This document shows positions 59,396-64,000 of a stretch of DNA of 64,000 bases, one piece after another. The position numbers and the translations under genes were made by a program. Each line of letters starts with the position of its first letter. Positions within the stretch are counted from its first letter, which is position 1. A model generated the notes under the pieces. That model did no database searches and was not told the DNA's origin. It worked only from the letters and a program-made list of their open reading frames with translations. The stretch spans positions 18,625,048 to 18,689,047 of the forward strand of contig OZ316891.1 in the NCBI GenBank assembly GCA_973895155.1, in the 5' to 3' direction. The stretch comes from Marsupella aquatica. Its lineage: Eukaryota > Plantae > Marchantiophyta.

Positions 59396-62300
59396 AACTC
59401 CCCCTTGACTCTTGTCTTGGGGATTGGACTAATTGCTACTCTATGGAATCATCAGCGGGAAGTTCTAGACAATCACCTAAATAGGTCTCCCCCTAAAAAC
59501 CATAAGGGTTAACTAAGGATTAACTAGAACTAAGCCGTAGCCAAACTGGAATGAGTAATCCATATACAAATAGTCACAACCTTGCTAAGTAACTCTACTT
59601 GTGCTACAACTGTAAAACCTGCAAAATACCACGGTGTCTTGAGAAACTTTCCAAAGGAATGACTGACTCCTCAATCTTGACTAGCTCAAACGTTTTATCA
59701 AACACTACTTGCCTGATAAAATGGTACCTCATATCAATGTGCTTCACCCTGGTATCCATCACCTGGTTAGCAGCCAAGTGAAGAGCACTCTGACTATCAC
59801 AGTTTAGAGACATTTTGCCATGCTCTAAACCCATCTCCGTGATCAACCTGTCCAACCAAATTGCTTCCTTTGCCGCTTCTGCTGCTACAACATACTCTAC
59901 TTCTGTAGTAGACTGAGAGATACACTTTTGCAAGGTAGATTTCCAACTAATACATCCTCCTCCAAAAGTAAATACATACCTAGTTGTAGATCTCCTTGTA
60001 TCCAGACAGCCTCCATAGTTAGAATCTACATAACCAACCAACGTTCTATCTGATCTGGCATCAAATAGTAATCCATAGTCCTGTGTTCCCTTCAGATACC
60101 TGAGAAGCCATTTCACAGCTTCCCAATGTACCTTCCCTAGATTTGACATGAATCTGTTAACCTTGCCCATTGCTAGGGCCAAGTCAGGCCTAGTACATGT
60201 CATCAAATACATCAGACTGCCTAGTGCCTTCTCATAAGGAATCTTAGCCATCAGACCTTTCTCCACAGCATCCGTAGGAGAGAAAGCCAATGGAAATTTG
60301 AAATGTGAAGCTAAAGGAATACTCACCGGCTTACAATCCTCCATGTTGAATCGTGCAAGTACCTTCCTCGCATACTTGCCTTGATTAAAGCATAACTGTC
60401 GAGTATCAGAGTTCCTAAAAATCTCCATTCCTAAGATCCTCTTGGCCTTACCAAGATCCTTCATCCTAAATTCAGAACTCAATTTTGCCTTGAGTCTGTC
60501 AACCTCAGATTGATCTTTAGCCATAATCAGCATGTCATCCACATAGAGAACTTGAATAATAAAACCAAACACATCATTTTTGACTGATTTTGTATACACA
60601 CAAGGATCATACACCATCCTTGTAAAACCTTGAGCAAACATGAAATCATCAAACTGCTTGTTCCACTGTTTGGGAGCTTGCTTCAATCCATACAAGGACT
60701 TGAGCAATCTGCAAACTAAGTTCTCTTGGCCCTTCTTCATAAAGCCTAATGGCTGTCTCATGAAGATTATTTCTTCCAAGTTGCCATAGAGAAAAGCAGT
60801 AACAACGTCCATCTGATCCATCACCAGACCAAAAAACACAACAAGCTGACACAAGATCCAAATTGTGGAATACTTAGCCACCGGTGAAAAGACCTCATTG
60901 TAATCCACTCTTTTCTCCTAAGTGAATCCCTTGGCAACAAGCCTTGCCTTGTAGATCTTGTCTCCACCCTTTGAAGGACTGTCCTTCAACTTGTAAATCC
61001 ACTTGTTGTCCACCACTTGCTGACCTCTTGGAAGCTCCACCAGCTCCCATGTCTTGTTGTCACTCAAAGATTGCAACTCCCTCTGCATTGCTGCATTCCA
61101 TTCATATTTATGTTTTGAAGCACAAGCCTCACTATACGAAGAAGGCTCTCCTTTGTCCAAGATCAAAGTCATATCATCATCATCAGGTGCAATATCAATA
61201 TCATCTAGCTTAGATGAGTCTGCCCATTGACCATACCTGGTAGAAGACTCTAGTAGAACGATTGGAAGTTCTTCTAGTAGATGATTCAGGCTGATCTACT
61301 GCTGCTACTGGCTCAATTGAGGTACCCCAACAACAATTTGCTCCTCTTGTTCCATCATAGGAACGAGCTCCATGCCCGGAGCTTCTCCATCTCTCCTATC
61401 ACGAACATCATCATGACTAATCTCCCCCTCAACCCGGTCCGGGATGGGAGATTTCCCCTTGTCAGTATGGGAGTCCTGAGAATTCTCCCCCTCCTTTGAT
61501 GATCTGGATTCATTAAAGGACACATTTCTATTGACAATTAGCTTACAGGTTACTGGACCCCATAACCTATAACCCTTTACACCTTTTTGATAGCCAAGGA
61601 AAATGCACTTCTTTGACTTGGACTCCAACTTGAATCAAAGCTGGGAAGGTGTAAGCACATAAGCATCACATCCAAAAATCCTCAGATGTGAGTAATCTGT
61701 TGGACGCCCGTACCTCATTTCAAATGGCGTCTTGAATCCAATAGAACTTGATGGAGAGAAATTTACCAAATAAGCTGTAGTGTTGACAGCTTCAGCCCAA
61801 AACTCATGTGGTAAGCATGATTGACTCAACATACTCCTCAAGCGTTCCAATAGTGTTTGGTTGAGCCTTTCAGAAACACCATTTTGCTGAGGATTATAAC
61901 TTGTTGTGAGATGATGTGTAATCCCCTGCTCCTTACAATACATTCCAAATTCCCAGGAACCGTATTCACTGTCGTTATCTGATTGAAGATATCTCACCTT
62001 GTTACCAATCTGATTCTTAAATTGGGCTTTCCACTCCTTAAAAGTGGCAAAAATATCAGACTTGTTGTGGAGAAAGTAGATCCACACATACCTTGAGTAA
62101 TCGTCTATGAACGTGATATAGTATAACCGTCCAGAGTGTGAGGGAGTAGGGGCTGGTCCCCACACATCACTATGTACATACTCAAATACCTCCTTGCTAG
62201 TGTGAGTTCCAACTCCGAAGGGTTTCCTGTACTGCTTCCCAAGCATACAATGCTCACAGAAATCTAACTTCTAGACTGCAAATTAGAAATCAAACCTCTT

Positions 62301-64000
62301 TTCAGAAGTATAGCCAAACCTTTTTCACTCATGTGACCTAGCCAAAAGTGCCACAGCCGGGCTGTTTCCTCATGAGATAAGGTTACATTGGCTTCATCAC
62401 ATACTACTCTGCCCTCCAAAATATATAAATTTTTGTGCCTCTTTCCCTTCAACACAACCTTAGTACCGGTTGAAACCTGAATGACACCATTAGCAGAACT
62501 CCACTGATGGCCACTTGCTTCTAACATTCCAAGTGAAATGAGATTTTTCATCATGCCAAGAATATGTCTCACATTCTGCACTGTTCTTACAACACCATCA
62601 AACATTTGTAATCTCACAGATCCAAGTCCAACTACTTGGCATGGGATTCCATTTCCCATCAACACTGAACCGTTGGAAACCTTGTAAGAACTGAAAAACT
62701 CTTTCCTATAGCAAATGTGAAAGGTACAAGCACTATCTAGTATCCAACCATCATCTTCCTGATGTGATACTACGTTGAGGGCAAAGTAATGGCATCATAA
62801 AATGTCATCATCGAGTAAATCTACCTCATGTGCGTTGGATGCCGCATTAGCTGATGGGGTAGAGTCCTTTACTCGACAATCTCTCTTCATGTGGCCTGGC
62901 TTGCCACATTTCCAACATGCGAGAGGCTTCCTCTCTTGCGATTTTCTTTTGGATTTAGATCTCCCCCATGTTGTAGATGTAAATCTGTTCTACCCATTCA
63001 TGCACTGCGCTGGTCTTCCATGATTCACGTTCAACGCAGTACCAGAAAAAGATGTTGTCTATGCTAGACCTAGCTTCTTCTGAGCATCATCAGACAATAG
63101 AGAGCTCACCACCTCATCGTACAAAATGGACTTCAGATTTCTGTACAAGAGCACTTGTTTCAAGCTAGCCTTGATAAGATGGCGGTAAGGACCTTAGCAG
63201 AAGCAAGGCCTTATCCTCATCTTCAACTCCCTTACCCAGGTTTGATAGATCCACCGCCAGGCTGTCAAACTCATCCAGGTGCTCCTGCAACTTGCTCCCT
63301 TCTTTGAGCCTGAGGCTCATCAAGAGAGACTTCTTGTACAGCCGGTTTGATGCATCTTCCCGGTAGTACTTCTCTCTGAGGGCCTTGAAGAGTGATGCAC
63401 AATCCGCATAATCATCCAGCTTCTTGATGATATGCAGCTTGAGGTAAAGCATCACCGCATTGACAACAATCACCTGCTCCTGTCTCCACTGCTTCATAGA
63501 AATATTCTCCTCTCCATCATACTGCTCTCGCATAGAGAGCAGATGATCTAAGCCCATGGCACGAAGAATACCCTTTACTTGCTTCTCCCATAGCAAGTAA
63601 TCAGTACGGCCGTCGTACTTCTCCACCTCAAACTTCACTCCTCCAAATCTTGCCATCTCTCTCTTCTTCCCAACTACCGACAGCTCTGGTAGTAGAACAA
63701 CTTCCTCCACTGCATGCCGCACCGGTGATGGTACCGGTGATACTTGTTCCTCCTCAGACTCTCCGTCTGACCATCGTGAACCTGAAGCTCCATCGACGTC
63801 GATTCTTCCAGTATTCTCCAGGGTATTCTCCAAGTCACTCATATGAGAAAATCAATCACTATATTCATTAAAACTGTACTTTTAAAAGTCCATAAGATGA
63901 ACCCTAAAGTTATTTTTTTTCAGGCCAAATTTCTATTAAAGCATTCCCAAAAGCTAATTTTTTTCAGCCCAAATATACACTTTTGAACGCCCAAAATTTT
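59103..64000 (-). mobile_element. Second Ty1/copia element, degenerate, related to the 38106-44690 element; 5' LTR outside the window
   Basis: gag from 63842, PR about 62750, IN 62246-61305, RT-RH 61172-59600 with frameshifts and stops; PPT AAGGGGGAG on minus strand near 59398-59406. Confidence 0.93.

Overview
Eukaryotic, land-plant-type DNA (spliceosomal GT-AG introns, SABATH gene, plant TE families; a non-seed plant is a guess). One ordinary gene (SABATH carboxyl methyltransferase, 3928-5858) is followed by a stack of nested transposons that can be unpicked from TIRs and TSDs. (i) A decayed Sola2-like DDD transposase (about 12595-17912, minus) is split by a 1730-bp non-autonomous CACTA element (13959-15688, TSD ATC). 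It faces a RING-H2/coiled-coil pseudogene and an RPA70-C-like OB-fold ORF. (ii) An old CACTA element 'A' (about 19200-56840, plus) has its TnpD split by a 25.4-kb related CACTA element 'B' with intact-looking ORFs (25831-51215, minus, TSD TTA). B carries a very young Ty1/copia element (38106-44690, TSD GGAAT). (iii) The window ends with a LINE RT remnant, a truncated CACTA end and a second, degenerate copia element. Main novelty: both CACTA elements carry, at the same position upstream of TnpD, a stand-alone gene consisting of the EDM2-type composite PHD histone-reader cassette, a candidate TE-encoded chromatin or anti-silencing factor. Also notable: two divergent copia elements share an in-frame TGA between gag and protease. 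All family assignments rest on motif recognition by eye, not database searches.
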